From Eledone cirrhosa (lineage: Eukaryota), in the NCBI GenBank assembly GCA_964016885.1, contig OZ024740.1, positions 278,752,001 through 278,816,000 of the forward strand: a stretch of DNA of 64,000 bases, in the 5' to 3' direction. Under the pieces are notes generated by a model that ran no database searches, was not told the origin of the DNA, and saw nothing but the letters and a program-made list of their open reading frames with translations. Both the position numbers and the translations under genes were made by a program. The number at the start of each line of letters is the position of its first letter. Position 1 is the stretch's first letter. Shown in pieces: positions 29,709 to 42,680 of this stretch.

Positions 29709-29734
29709 AACAAGTATATATAGGAACAAGTATG

Positions 29735-29830
29735 ACCCCGACGGCAGAGATCAAGCCATTTCGACGGCTATTTCTGGACTAAATAAGAAATTTTAGCCTG
29801 GTAAATAAATAGCCGAACTTCTCAGGGGGT
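29735..29830 (-). ncRNA. Hammerhead ribozyme with one core mismatch (family C)
   Basis: Minus strand: ACCCC-CTGAGAA-..CGGCTATTT..AAATAGCCG..-GAAA-TGGC..GCCG-T-C-GGGGT. Related 3' halves at ~31381-31410 and ~49514-49542. Confidence 0.65.
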
Positions 29831-30047
29831 ATTTCCTTATATGGGAAGATAATAATTGTCAAGAGGATTGGTCAAAATTTTGTTGTAAAGACAGATAAAT
29901 CTATCATGGCATTTGGTGAGAGGTAGGGGTGGCTGAACTTGCCGGTAGAACAAAGAGGGATATTGGGGGGAAACCCAGTCAGGCGTTGAAAGTATTGAGT
30001 ACTTTGGTGAGTTGTGGTCCATCTGGTTCCTTACCACAATTCCTTCG

Positions 30048-30084
<37 letters not shown>

Positions 30085-30091
30085 GAGAGAA

Positions 30092-30126
<35 letters not shown>

Positions 30127-30135
30127 GAGAGAAAG

Positions 30136-30209
<74 letters not shown>

Positions 30210-30318
30210 GGAGAGAGAGAGAGAAACTTAGTTCCACCAACAAATTAGCAAACCATACTCGAGGACGCGCGTTTCATTGAACGGATTTTCAACTTGTGTA
30301 TGGCTGCGGTGGGAACGG

Positions 30319-30491
<173 letters not shown>

Positions 30492-30956
30492 TTAACAAGA
30501 TATCGTTTAAGGTAATCCAAGTAGAGGTTATGAATAATCTGTGTTGAGGTTAGTTTTAACGTTCGGCGTTGTTTGACTCAACAAGAAGTTTCATTATTCG
30601 GGTGACCGATTTATGAGAGTTCCTAGGTAGGCGGTTCTTGGTGTAATAATAGTAAATGTGTGCTAGTATTTATAGATGCATTTACAGATGCATGTATCTA
30701 TCAATATTAGCACACTGTATCATGTACACAGATCAGTATTCTGATGATTTGGTCGGGTATCGACTGTAATTAAAATCGAGTGACGTAGCTTCTAGCGATC
30801 AGCGATTTTTAGACACACCGGACTAATGAAAGAATGGTTTAAATAAACCCTATTGTATAACCAACCTATTTACTATATATATATATATTTTTTTTTTTTT
30901 ATTAAGGCTAAATCGTGAGTCTTGTTACTCTGGAGTTTCGATTGTTTATCACATGG

Positions 30957-31011
<55 letters not shown>

Positions 31012-31067
31012 ATTAAGGCTAAATCGTGAGTCTTGCTACTCTGGTGTTTCGATTGTTTATCACATGG

Positions 31068-31148
<81 letters not shown>

Positions 31149-31223
31149 CAGAAATAATAACACAATCGGTACAGTATATGGAAGGGATGTATTGGGTTAA
31201 CGCTTGATATAGCAGGAAGAGGG

Positions 31224-31255
<32 letters not shown>

Positions 31256-31266
31256 TACTAGAAGAG

Positions 31267-31329
<63 letters not shown>

Positions 31330-32478
31330 TAGAAGAGGGTATATATATATATATATATATATATACTATAATTTGCTGTCGAAACGGCAAGAGCTCAGTC
31401 ATCGAGCTCTGATTCTTCACTATACTTACATTCCACTATCCCAGGTATCGTATACTCAGTTTAAACCGGTATAATCCTGATCTCATACAACCATTTTCCT
31501 ACGCCTGGCGATCTTAATCCGACAAGAATAATTCTATCTAACAAAGTTATGCCAGCAATTTGAGGACAGTAATACCTCTACCATCGTGATAAGACATTTC
31601 AGCACTTAATTCTCCCGAAATTTAGAACTTCGTAGTCATCTGTCAATACGTTTACCATTTTCTTCTGCCATCTTAGATTCTATGATAGTGAAACTAAGTT
31701 TAAAAAAGGAATCTCATTTGTCACGTTGTTATTACCTGATATTGATGACGGCTGTAGATTCTTTATAAACAATAAAAAAATATTTTTCATCCATATACAT
31801 TTTTTATATGCGTTTTGTCTTGAAAACTTTCTCATATATCTTGAAGTGTTATTGGGCTGCTTTTTTTTAATAGTTTTAAAGGAAGTGAAGTAAATATTGA
31901 TTTCAGCTCTCTCTTGATAGATCTTGCTTTTTTCACCGATCATTCTAGTATTATTTACAACTTTCCAAATATCTCGTTTTTTTTTAAATATATATTGTGT
32001 ATTTCTTGGTTCGGATCTATTTTTATTTGGTTGCATAAGCTTTTCTATCCTATTCTTTTTGTGTTCACTCGTCTATATTTCAGCTAAATGTGTATGTGTG
32101 TGTGTGTGTATGTGTATGTGTGTGTGTTTGTGCGTATGCGTGTGTGTATGCGTGTGTGTGTATGCGTGTGTGTGTGTGCGTGTGTGCGTGTGTGCGTGTG
32201 TGCATAAACAGGGGAGCAGTTTTTCCTTCAAACATGTTATATTAAACATGTTATATTAAACATGTTATATTAAACATGGCTGTCTCTTATATTAAGGATA
32301 CTTTTTTTATATATTTCCTTATTAGTTCTTTGTGCTTGGTTTGGGATAATAGCATTCCTAAGTCTATCAATATTTCGAGACCCTCTCAGGAACAGGGCTG
32401 GAAGAGATAAATTAGTCTTTTATTTCTAGGATAAAATAACATAAAAATGATAAAGTATTTAATATTTAGTCAATCAAT

Positions 32479-32676
32479 GGTGGTGGATTGGCAGTATCGG
32501 TAGAGCGTCGGGCAAACAGCTTTGCAGCATATTGTTACTGCGCTTTATGTTCTGAGTTCAAATCCCGCTGAGGTTAGCTTTGCCTTTCATCCTTACGGGG
32601 TCGTAAGGATGAAAGGCGATTAAATCGACTTTTCCATCCCACCAATATTTTTGGCCTTGAGCCTAAATCAGAAACC
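32479..32676 (+). mobile_element. tRNA-derived SINE with internal 16-bp foldback
   Basis: Same family as 13619. Imperfect TSD AATA(T/C)TTAGTCAA. Perfect hairpin at 32582-32617. Confidence 0.85.
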
Positions 32677-32862
32677 AATACTTAGTCAAACATATAGAAA
32701 AAGAAAGTAACATTGCAAAAGACTATAATTGAGAGGAAAAGAAGGGAAAGGGCAAGGATTTGTTGTTTGCGTGTTTTCCAGTAGTGTTAAAGGATCATGA
32801 GAGAACTAGTATACTATAAAAATTATCCAAAGATTAAGTCCTGCTAATTTTCAAGTTAATTA

Positions 32863-33013
32863 TCGTATTTCCCGGCATCGATAACGCTACTTTTTTCCGA
32901 AAATAAGTCTCAAAATTCTACCATGCATCCTGGAGGCCGAAGGTTGTTTATTATTTCTTTTCAAATTTTTGGTTGTCAAAATTATGGTGCGTCCTCGGCG
33001 CCGGGAAATACGG
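32863..33013. mobile_element. Tc1/pogo-type MITE
   Basis: TIRs CGTATTTCCCGGC / GCCGGGAAATACG flanked by TA. Confidence 0.7.
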
Positions 33014-33488
33014 TACGTGTATGGTTTATTTGTGTAATATCCCGTATTGAATATTTTATTAATAATCTCACGATCCTTCGTAACCACTGCCATCATTTCT
33101 TATTCTGAAAAAGAGGAATAAGGTCTTGAAACATTAATACACTTATGGATTTTGGAACGCTATTGTTCCAAACTAAATACAAGAAATAACTAAGGCACTG
33201 ATAACACTCAAACATAGGACACATAAGCACTGCTCCCGCCTCTGCTACACCTCCCGACGTGACGACACTATAGAAATGACGATATTTCATTGGCGCAACT
33301 TCATGTGACATCCCAATAGCTGCAGCAATAAGCTCAATGTCTATCTGGTGTCAGGATTTCAGCCCCAGCATCCATTGGCTTGAAAGATAGAATGACAGAT
33401 GAGAGATGGTGAATGAGACATCTGAACATCGTGGACTATAGTGAAAAACAATTGTACAACATGAGTGTCACTCTCTAAGTCTCAGTGA

Positions 33489-33670
33489 GGCAGTATCGGT
33501 AGATGGTCGGACGCCATGCTTTTCAGCATAGAATTACGGCACTTTACGGTCTGATTTCAAATCCCGCCGAGGTTAACTTTGCCTTTCATCCTTACGTGGT
33601 TGATAAAATAAAGCACCAGCAATGGACTGGGATAATTGGTGGCCTTGTGCCAAAAGTAGGAACAATTATT
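33489..33670 (+). mobile_element. tRNA-derived SINE, same family as 13619
   Basis: Colinear with the 13619 copy from the A-box to the GGCCTTGTGCC..AAGTAG tail. Confidence 0.85.
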
Positions 33671-33716
33671 ATCAGTGACAGGCTTAAACAAGATGACCAG
33701 TAATCACGTAATCTGA

Positions 33717-34040
33717 AGGTTTCACTTCAGAGTTTTCTTTTCTTAGAAGAATACCGTAGGAACAGCTCGGAACCCTTCACTCCCAGTGTACTTATTACGC
33801 ACCCTCGCATCAACTAGGGGAATTTCTGAGTTCCCGCGCACAGGTAGATTGTCATAACTATGACTAAGGAGCCCCATCTAGGCAGGTTTTGAACCTTCTC
33901 CTAGACAGACTGCCACACAAAACTGACGAATTCTATCTACCAAGAGCTATTGGTTTTAAGGCGCCAGTATCTCGTCTTTTCCCTTTCTCCTTGTCAAACA
34001 TTTCCGCCAGAGGCTGGGCTTCGGTTGTCAGAGGCTATAT
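33717..34040 (-). mobile_element. Degenerate RTE-type 5' UTR remnant
   Basis: Minus-strand motifs AGAAAAGAAAACTCTGAA and GTCTAGGAGAAGG, recognised from memory of RTE 5' UTRs. Boundaries approximate. Confidence 0.4.
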
Positions 34041-34051
34041 ATGAAGGATTA

Positions 34052-34340
34052 GACACGTGACATAGTGGTTAAAGTGTTGGGCTTACAATCGTAGGATTGT
34101 GAGTATGATTCCCGGACAGTGCGGTGCGTTGTGTCTTTGAGCAAGACTCTTTATTTCACGTTTCTTTAGTTCCCTCTGATACCAAGCTGCCTCGGCCTTT
34201 GCTTTTCTCTTGGATAACATCGGTGGCATGGAAGGGGGAGTTTTCTAGTCTTCCACAAATACACTTTGCCCGGACTTGAACCTCGGAACTTTCCATGTGA
34301 AAATCCTATGGTCATTTGTGACCGAAGGAGGAATAAACCG
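34052..34340 (+). mobile_element. Second tRNA-derived SINE family (degenerate)
   Basis: TGACATAGTGGTTAAAG A-box, GTATGATTCC B-box-like, GTGTCTTTGAGCAAGACTCTTTATTTCAC core. Confidence 0.55.
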
Positions 34341-34501
34341 TTTTTATCTTCTAAGGTTTTCATTGCCGGGGTGAGAATAGGTCTGAAAATCTACTCTCTA
34401 CTAAAATGCCCCAACCGGTTTGTGTCTCATACATACATACATACATACATACATACATACATACATACATACATACATACATACATACATACATACATAC
34501 A

Positions 34502-35110
34502 TGGTGGCTGCCAACTCGTTTTCGAGTACGGCCACTACTTTATATCCATGTAGGAGAACCCTTGCCGATGCTCTGAACGAGTGTGACTTTTTAGTCCAGC
34601 CAGCGACTTGAAAACTCTGGTACAAACACTACACTTGTGACAATTATTGACACATAGTGCTGGGCCCATGGTTCCATGTAACGACAAGTGCAGAGAGATC
34701 TCCAGATATAAAGCAATGCCTGTGCCGTGAAGCTTTTATGGTGAGCAAAGGCACTGCACAAAGCCAGTCCCACTCTCTTAACCAAGATGATATTTACCAA
34801 AAAGAATAACAAGTCTACATAATTGGATACCATCAGGGTTGCAGGTGTTATATCAGAGTTTTCCTTCTCCTGGAATTCTGCCTTTACAAAGGCTAAGGGG
34901 TCATCTCTCCCTGTGATTTTGGATGACCATTGACCCTTAAGAGCTCCTTTGCCCTTTGACAAGTTTTGTTTATAGTCCTGCTGGATGTCCAAAGTCACCC
35001 TCCTCACCAAGAAACCTTGGTGGGGTTGCCAGTTTAGTCGCCAAAGACCCGACCATGAGACAGGTTGTACTGGGATACATGTTACCAGTAGCACCAACTG
35101 GTGACCTGAC
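34502..35110 (-). mobile_element. ~610-bp non-autonomous RTE-related element (family B1) with (ATGT)n tail
   Basis: Three near-identical copies (34502, 58545, 63631) all end at the same point against (CATA)n. Carries the CCAGGAGAAGGAAAACTCTGA motif. No credible protein. Confidence 0.7.
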
Positions 35111-37749
35111 ATAACACCACCAAAAACACCATCATATATAACCAAAATAGAAAAAAAGATTCCGAAAGAACTATTGCTCCAAAACTACAACAAAAACATA
35201 CGAAATAAGTGAGGGTACCCTTGAGACTGTGATAGGAAAACTCCAAGATAAGAAGACACCAGGAAGAGACATGATTGTCGGCTACTGGTATAAAAAACTG
35301 ATATTCTATTGGAGGTATCTTACTGACCTCTACCAATAAGTTCTTAAGGGAGATACACTTATACCAGAATGGTTGACATTAGTAGAAACATTACTGGTCC
35401 CCGAGAACAAAGACACCCACTTGGCAAAATCCTACTGACCCATTGCATGCCAGAACCTGATGTAGAAGATGTATACAGCCTGCCTGAATCTATTCCTCCA
35501 AGATCACTGCGAAAATAATAACATCATCACAGATGAACAAGCAGCTGGAAAGAAAGGGGTTTGGGGATGTGCTGAACAACTCCTAATCAACAAAACTGCG
35601 ATGTCGGAGGTGCGACAACTTAGGAGGAATATGGCTGGACTACAGGAAAGCTTTTGATTCTGTTCTCCACTCTTGGATGATAGAGGCCCTCCAACTTGCT
35701 AAAGTCCCAGACATTATTGTCAGAGCCATAGAGAGGCTGTCTTCTTCTTGGGCTACTAGCCTAAGGTTAACGACAGAGAGGGAGGACTCTATTTTCACAG
35801 ATAAAATAAAATATCGCAGGGGTATATTTCAGGGAGACAGTCTCTCTGTAATATTATTCATCCTGTAATTAAACCCCTTGTCCTTTCTGCTCAAGAAATG
35901 TGAGGGATACATCATTGGCTCACAGGAAGACAGAAATACGAACCTAACCCATAATTTCTTTGTAGATGATCTGAAACTCTATGCCAAGAACATGGATGGG
36001 ATGAAGAAAAATCTTGACCTGGTTACAACGTTCTCAAAGGATATAGGAATGGAGTTTGGCCAAGATAAATGCTCATATACGACTGTAAAGCGGGGAAAAA
36101 CAACAACCCAATCTAGCAACATTGTCATTAATGGCCTAACTGTTTCACCGATATCTGATGAGGACTGCTACAGATACCTGGGCATAGATGAGAACATATC
36201 CTATAATGGTATCTGTAATAAGGAACGCGTAACCAGGGAATACTACACCCGATTAAGAAAGATTTGGTCATCGGAACTCTCTGAGCAAAACAAAACAGTG
36301 GCTCACAATGTGTTTGCTGTGCCTGTCCTAACACCAGCGTTTGGAATACTCAATTGGACGATAGACGAAATCCGAGCAGTTGATGTTGGAACTCGAAAAA
36401 TACTGAACAACACCGTAAACTTCCACATCAACAGTGACATAGGCCGTCTTTACTTGAACGGTAAGCAGGGAGGCAGAGGCATAACATCAGTCCAGACAGC
36501 ATTTGAATGTCGCATCATATCTCTCCGACAACATCTACGAACCTTAAAGCGTAGGAGCCCGTCTCTCGAGCAAGTCTATCTGCATGAAACAGATAAGATC
36601 ATGAGAGTTGGGAAGGAACTCCTCCAGAGATATTCCCTGTGTGATAATCAAAAACTCACACCCAGGGAAATCGCTCAGCAGTTTCGCAGCGAATCCATGG
36701 ATGAAAAACTGCATGCTTATCAGCAAAAAATCATGCATGGGTATGTTGCCAGGAAGCTGCAGAGTGAGAGTAATATAAATAAGCAAAGTAGTCTATCTTG
36801 AACCAACAACCGATATATTGGCTCCCACTTTGAAGGATACGCTTTTGCAATCCAAGAACAGGAAATTAACACGAAATACCTGATTCACAAAAGAGATAGG
36901 GATACAGGCAAAACACCTAGATTTGATAACAAGTGCAGACTCTGCAGAACTAACATCGAAGATGTCACCCATGTCATCAGCAGCTGTCGAAAGATGTCAT
37001 CGCGGTACTATCTGCCTATGAGGCATGATGTAGTGGCCAAAACATTGTACAATGCAATCCGTAAAAAAGATAGCCCCGATAATAAACACATTAAAGGCTA
37101 CAGTAATGGAAGACATCCATGTACATAATATGAAATAGTACTGGTGGAATGTTCCAGTAAAAACCCCAATAAAATGCAGGCATAACAGATCAGATATGAT
37201 ATGGGACAGGGAGAAGAAAACATGCACAGTAGTGGAAATTAGCTGCCCATCAGATGCCAATATAATATCAAAAATTACTGAAAAGGAGAATATTTATGCA
37301 GAACTGATGAGAAATCTGCAGATACTCCACCCTGATTACACTTTCAGATTTATGCCTGTGATTATTGGGGCACTGGGGTATGTTAGTAACTGCCTCAATA
37401 CAAATCTTGAAAATCTAGGCTTCACAGGAACAGAAAGAACACAACTAGTTAGGAAATTACAAGTACAATCCATTAATGGAACAGTAAAAATATGTAAAAC
37501 ATTCCAAATATTTTGCATCTAATAACTGCATATACACATGTACAGATACAAAGCATATACACATGCACACATACAACTCAAAACATCCACATCCACACAT
37601 ACAATAACATCCATATCTACACATGCATACATACATATCTACCTAGTTGATTTTGTGTAAATTCCAATGAGAGAGTCTTGTGTCTATGTTAGAAATCGAC
37701 TCTCTCTCTCTATTGGTAAAAAATTTTTGAAATTATAAAACCAGAAGAA
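35111..37749 (+). mobile_element. 5'-truncated R4/Dong-like non-LTR retrotransposon (RT + CCHC + restriction-like endonuclease), disrupted
   Basis: GIFQGDSLS, FVDDLKLY, CRLC..HVISSC, RHD, VVEISCP motifs with stops and frameshifts. 3' end joins (CATA)n. Starts at a position equivalent to 60643, followed by a ~390-bp deletion. Confidence 0.9.
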
Positions 37750-38033
37750 CATACATACATACATACATACATACATACGTACATATATAGATACATACAT
37801 GCGTGGGAGTGTGTGTGTGTGCTATATAGGTAATATTTCTACCTTCTAAAACCTAGTGTTCCCGCAGTTCCTTCCAAATTTAATTTCGATTACATTGCAC
37901 AATTTTATATTATTTTATTTCATTTTAACAAAGAAACACTGACATACAACGCGAATACGCTTTTGATTGAAATTATTCGTGTCAATATGTGTCTATTTGT
38001 GTCTTTGTAGCACATGTATGTTCTTGTGTATGT

Positions 38034-38118
<85 letters not shown>

Positions 38119-39413
38119 GTGTGTATGTGTGTGTATATTTGTGTGTGTGAGTGTGTGATGTGTGTGTATGTGTGTGTGTGAGTGTGTATGTGTGTATGTG
38201 TGTATGTGTGTGTGTGTAAGTGTGTATGTGTGTGAGTGTGTATGTGTGTGTGTTTGTGTATGTTTGTGTGTGTGAGTGTGTATGTGTGTGTGTATGTGTG
38301 TATATATGTGTGTGTAAGTGTAAGTTCGGGCGTATGTATTGTGTGTGTGTAGGAATGCGTGCTATATCTTCCACCATAAAGCGCTGTTCACCATCTGGTT
38401 TAATTGTTTGATTGTTTTTTTAATCGTAAGTTTTTTTACATGTTCAGTTTATTCAGCTGTCGCTTTTTTTTAATTAAGAAACTCCCACTTTAGTTAAAGA
38501 AACTCCCACTTTGAAGGAGGAAAAGAGATGAAAAAAGAAAAAAACTGTAGCAATTTATTGTAACTACCAAATTAGTCTCACCGTTGCCACGAATGTTATT
38601 TAGTCAGATATTAGCAATGTGTTAGTCATATGGAAGACTAGTAACACAAGCACGACTGTTTTAGTGACACTTTTTTGTCATATTTGTTGTTTTGACTAAT
38701 CTAATCAAAAACCATTTGCTTATTTGTTTGTAGAGGCATTTCCGGGTACTTAAACAAAACACACGACCATTTTAGCTTCTCTGTTGTTACATGTGATATA
38801 TTAACTAGTCAGAGACTAAATCCCTCACTTTCTCAACCAGATTTGACAACATTCAAAACTTATCGATCATTGATTAATGCAAATAAAAAAAGACTATGCT
38901 CGCTTCAAACTGAACATATATATATATATATACCTTTGAATTACATTCTAAGAGCATATTGTAGAGATTCACCTCCATGTTCTTGTGGTGACGTCCTAGT
39001 GTAGAAACTATCAGTCTAAGAGAGCGACCACATTGAAACCAATCTTTAAAAAACTATGAAGATTGGATGTTCAATATATGATTACAGGTCTACCAAATAT
39101 AAATAAAATATTGAGTACATGGAAGCTTCGAAAAGATTCAATCAACAACAGAAAGTTCTAGCTGTTTTCCATGCTTTGTTCTCTATTTTCCTTTCATAAT
39201 CTGCCTAATTGGCCTATTTGGTGAGATCATAGTACTGGCTTTAACACGAAATTACGTGGCCTCTGCTGTCATCCAAATATATATATAACGGCCTTTTCAA
39301 TAAAGACATTTTAACATCTAAACAACTTTGTATTTCATTATTCTATAAATACTCCGTCACTCCTATGCGGATAAAGTACGTTGAGTTCTTGAATGGAATT
39401 GCATCAATATTTT

Positions 39414-39460
<47 letters not shown>

Positions 39461-39611
39461 ATACTTTGGGAGGGTCATGTTGCCAATAAGAAACACACGC
39501 ACCAGTTGCTTTCACTTCAATTTAATTTAATATATATTTATAAATTTACAAATTTATAAATTTCTGGTTGGTTGGTTGGTTCCACAACCAGATAGTTGTT
39601 TATATATATAT

Positions 39612-39656
39612 AGTCATAGTTCTTTCGTCACACACTCTGTGACCTCTTCAGTGACT
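39612..39656 (-). ncRNA. Mirror copy of the pLTR hammerhead
   Basis: Exact reverse complement of 42355-42399. Confidence 0.85.
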
Positions 39657-40353
39657 GGGGATTTCTTTCTTCGTTTCTGTGCCTTTCCTTTCTTCTATCC
39701 TACGCCATTTTGTTTGTGTGTGGGTTGCGTGCTCAGTTTGCGCATGCGCCACATCCGGGTGTCTGTGTGTGTTTGTGTTCATTTTTCTATTTTTCTATTT
39801 TTATATTTATATTTGTTTGTTTATTTATTTATTTATTGTTGGTTGGTTGTTTGTTCTATGTGTGTGTGTGTTTTCATTTTGTCTTGTGTGTGTTTTCATT
39901 TTGTGTGTGTTTTCAATTGTAAGTTGTTTATATATGTGTGTGTGTGTTTTCATTTTGTCCTTAATTGTAAGTTGTGATGTTGCTGTTCCACTCATATTTT
40001 CTATTTAATTTTGGTTTTAATTCTTTTATGCTTACTGCCTCTGTAATTTGCCTAAACATTGCGTCTTTCTTGTGTGTGGATTCTATTTTTATTTCTATGC
40101 TCTCTAATTTACCCCTGTGTTCTATCTTAGCATGTTGGTAGAGCACAGATGATTCTTTACTATCTTGGAGGTCTCGCCAGTGTTCATTTATTCGTTCCCC
40201 TATACTACGAGCTGTCTCACCTATGTACACTATATTTTTGTTTCTACATTGTCCCTCAGTACATCTTATGCTATATACTACATTTCTAGTTTTACAGTTA
40301 ATATGGGGGCTTATTTTACAGGTTATACATTTCTTATCTATACATGAGGGTCT

Positions 40354-41394
40354 TTGGAACGATCTGGGGACCTAACAAACTGCATAATAGGCAGTATGGA
40401 TGTTGTGTCCCTGTATCCATCTATTGACGTGGATTTTGCTGTGGAGAAATGCGTCGAAATGATCAGCGAGAGCAAGGTTGAGTTCCGTGGGATTGATACC
40501 AGTGAGCTGGGACTTCTACTTAAGCTTACCCATAGTAATAGTTACCTAGACACTTATGACCTTAGCAACCTGTGCCCTACAAGACCAGCAAGAGGCAGAC
40601 CACCTACCATTACCTCAATGGCCAAGAAAACCCACACAGATAGATGGAACGGGTGGACCAGAGCCATACGGACACCCGAAAACCACGATGAACTGAAGAA
40701 AATGATTGCACATGCGGTAGGGGCCAGCATAAAATTAACCCTTAAGGAACATATGTTCAAATTTAATGGTAAAACATATGCCCAAGAGGAAGGAGCAGCC
40801 ATTGGTGTTAGCATTGCAGGCGACATAGCTAACTTGTTCATGGTATGGTGGGACAGTAGACTTAAACAAAAACTTAAAGAACAATTAGAAGACAGATTAA
40901 CCCTGATAATGTACTCCCGCTACGTAGATGATATAAACATCGTAGTTAAGACACCCCCACTAAAGAACAGTCAGGAACCTGAGAAAAACACAATGGAAAG
41001 CATCCAGCAAATAGCAAACTCCATCCACCAGAGCATTAGAGTTACTATAGACTACCCAAGTAGACACCCCAACCATCGATTACCTGTACTAGACACAGAG
41101 CTCTGGTTAGATACTATTAACAACCAAAAACAAATCCTCCATTCCCATTATGCCAAACCCATGACTTCCAAACATCTGATCCACCGAAACTCGGCCATTT
41201 CGGACCATACCAAAATCAACATACTGATTGCGGATTTGATACGGGTGATGAGAAATGTGTCCCGCATGTGCAACCCCGAAGAACTAGAGAGACACATACA
41301 ACACTTCATCCACCGTATGCAGTTCTCTGGCTACAATCAGAGAGATAGAATCAGAGTGTATAAAGGAGCCAGAACCAAATGGAAAAAATGGTAA
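40354..41394 (+). CDS. PLE reverse transcriptase (N-truncated)
   Basis: SMDVVSLYPSI, QEEGAAIG..IANLFM, RYVDDI, LPVLD, HYAKP motifs. Confidence 0.93.
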   Translation: MERSGDLTNCIIGSMDVVSLYPSIDVDFAVEKCVEMISESKVEFRGIDTSELGLLLKLTHSNSYLDTYDLSNLCPTRPARGRPPTITSMAKKTHTDRWNGWTRAIRTPENHDELKKMIAHAVGASIKLTLKEHMFKFNGKTYAQEEGAAIGVSIAGDIANLFMVWWDSRLKQKLKEQLEDRLTLIMYSRYVDDINIVVKTPPLKNSQEPEKNTMESIQQIANSIHQSIRVTIDYPSRHPNHRLPVLDTELWLDTINNQKQILHSHYAKPMTSKHLIHRNSAISDHTKINILIADLIRVMRNVSRMCNPEELERHIQHFIHRMQFSGYNQRDRIRVYKGARTKWKKW

Positions 41395-42050
41395 ATAATG
41401 ACATAAATGGGACCTGCCCCTTGTATAGGAGCAAATTTTGGAATAGAATAGAAAGAACTAAGAACAAGGCCAATAGAATAAACTCATGGTATGATAGCAA
41501 TAAATACCAGAGTGTAATGTTCATCAATACAACCCCTAGAGGTGAACTAGCCTACAAATTTAGAAGGGCCCTAAAGAAACATAATCTCAATATTAAGATA
41601 GTAGAAAGACCTGGTACCTCCTTAAAAACACTTATTAGCAAGACATACCCGTTCCAAAGACCCTCATGTATAGATAAGAAATGTATAACCTGTAAAATAA
41701 GCCCCCATATTAACTGTAAAACTAGAAATGTAGTATATAGCATAAGATGTACTGAGGGACAATGTAGAAACAAAAATATAGTGTACATAGGTGAGACAGC
41801 TCGTAGTATAGGGGAACGAATAAATGAACACTGGCGAGACCTCCAAGATAGTAAAGAATCATCTGTGCTCTACCAACATGCTAAGATAGAACACAGGGGT
41901 AAATTAGAGAGCATAGAAATAAAAATAGAATCCACACACAAGAAAGACGCAATGTTTAGGCAAATTACAGAGGCAGTAAGCATAAAAGAATTAAAACCAA
42001 AATTAAATAGAAAATATGAGTGGAACAGCAACATCACAACTTACAATTAA
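41379..42050 (+). CDS. PLE Cys-linker + GIY-YIG endonuclease, separated from RT by a 1-nt frameshift
   Basis: CIDKKCITC..NCKTRNVVYSIRC..YIGETARSIGERINEH..RQITEAVSIKELKPKLN. Confidence 0.9.
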   Translation: MEKMVNNDINGTCPLYRSKFWNRIERTKNKANRINSWYDSNKYQSVMFINTTPRGELAYKFRRALKKHNLNIKIVERPGTSLKTLISKTYPFQRPSCIDKKCITCKISPHINCKTRNVVYSIRCTEGQCRNKNIVYIGETARSIGERINEHWRDLQDSKESSVLYQHAKIEHRGKLESIEIKIESTHKKDAMFRQITEAVSIKELKPKLNRKYEWNSNITTYN

Positions 42051-42354
42051 GGACAAAATGAAAACACACACACACATATATAAACAACTTACAATTGAAA
42101 ACACACACAAAATGAAAACACACACAAGACAAAATGAAAACACACACACACATAGAACAAACAACCAACCAACAATAAATAAATAAATAAACAAACAAAT
42201 ATAAATATAAAAATAGAAAAATAGAAAAATGAACACAAACACACACAGACACCCGGATGTGGCGCATGCGCAAACTGAGCACGCAACCCACACACAAACA
42301 AAATGGCGTAGGATAGAAGAAAGGAAAGGCACAGAAACGAAGAAAGAAATCCCC

Positions 42355-42399
42355 AGTCACTGAAGAGGTCACAGAGTGTGTGACGAAAGAACTATGACT
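42355..42399 (+). ncRNA. Minimal hammerhead ribozyme in PLE pLTR (predicted cut after 42394)
   Basis: AGTCA-CTGAAGA-G-GTCACA..TGTGAC-GAAA-G-AA-C-T-A-TGACT. Confidence 0.85.
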
Positions 42400-42612
42400 A
42401 TATATATATAAACAACTATCTGGTTGTGGAACCAACCAACCAACCAGAAATTTATAAATTTGTAAATTTATAAATATATATTAAATTAAATTGAAGTGAA
42501 AGCAACTGGTGCGTGTGTTTCTTATTGGCAACATGACCCTCCCAAAGTATAACAATATCGGTTTCAACACACGATTTCAGATAAAGAATCTTGCTAAACA
42601 AATTCAGAAACG

Positions 42613-42680
<68 letters not shown>

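Larger units (their letters stand above)
39453..42615 (+). mobile_element. Young 5'-truncated Penelope-like element with 909-bp inverted pLTR, inserted in (TA)n
   Basis: 39453-40361 is the reverse complement of 41650-42558. The right copy has a ~57-bp extra tail. RT and GIY-YIG ORFs inside. Confidence 0.95.

Noticed and set aside
30738-30776. CTGATGA plus stem II (GGTCG/CGACT)
   Set aside because: GAAA is replaced by GTAA and stem I is weak. At best a decayed motif.
34591-35145. 184-aa minus-strand ORF in family B1
   Set aside because: No domain motifs, and the frame starts outside the element. Treated as a chance ORF.
38983-39021. GAAACTATCAGTC-TAAGA hammerhead 3' half
   Set aside because: CUGANGA box and stem II are not intact.
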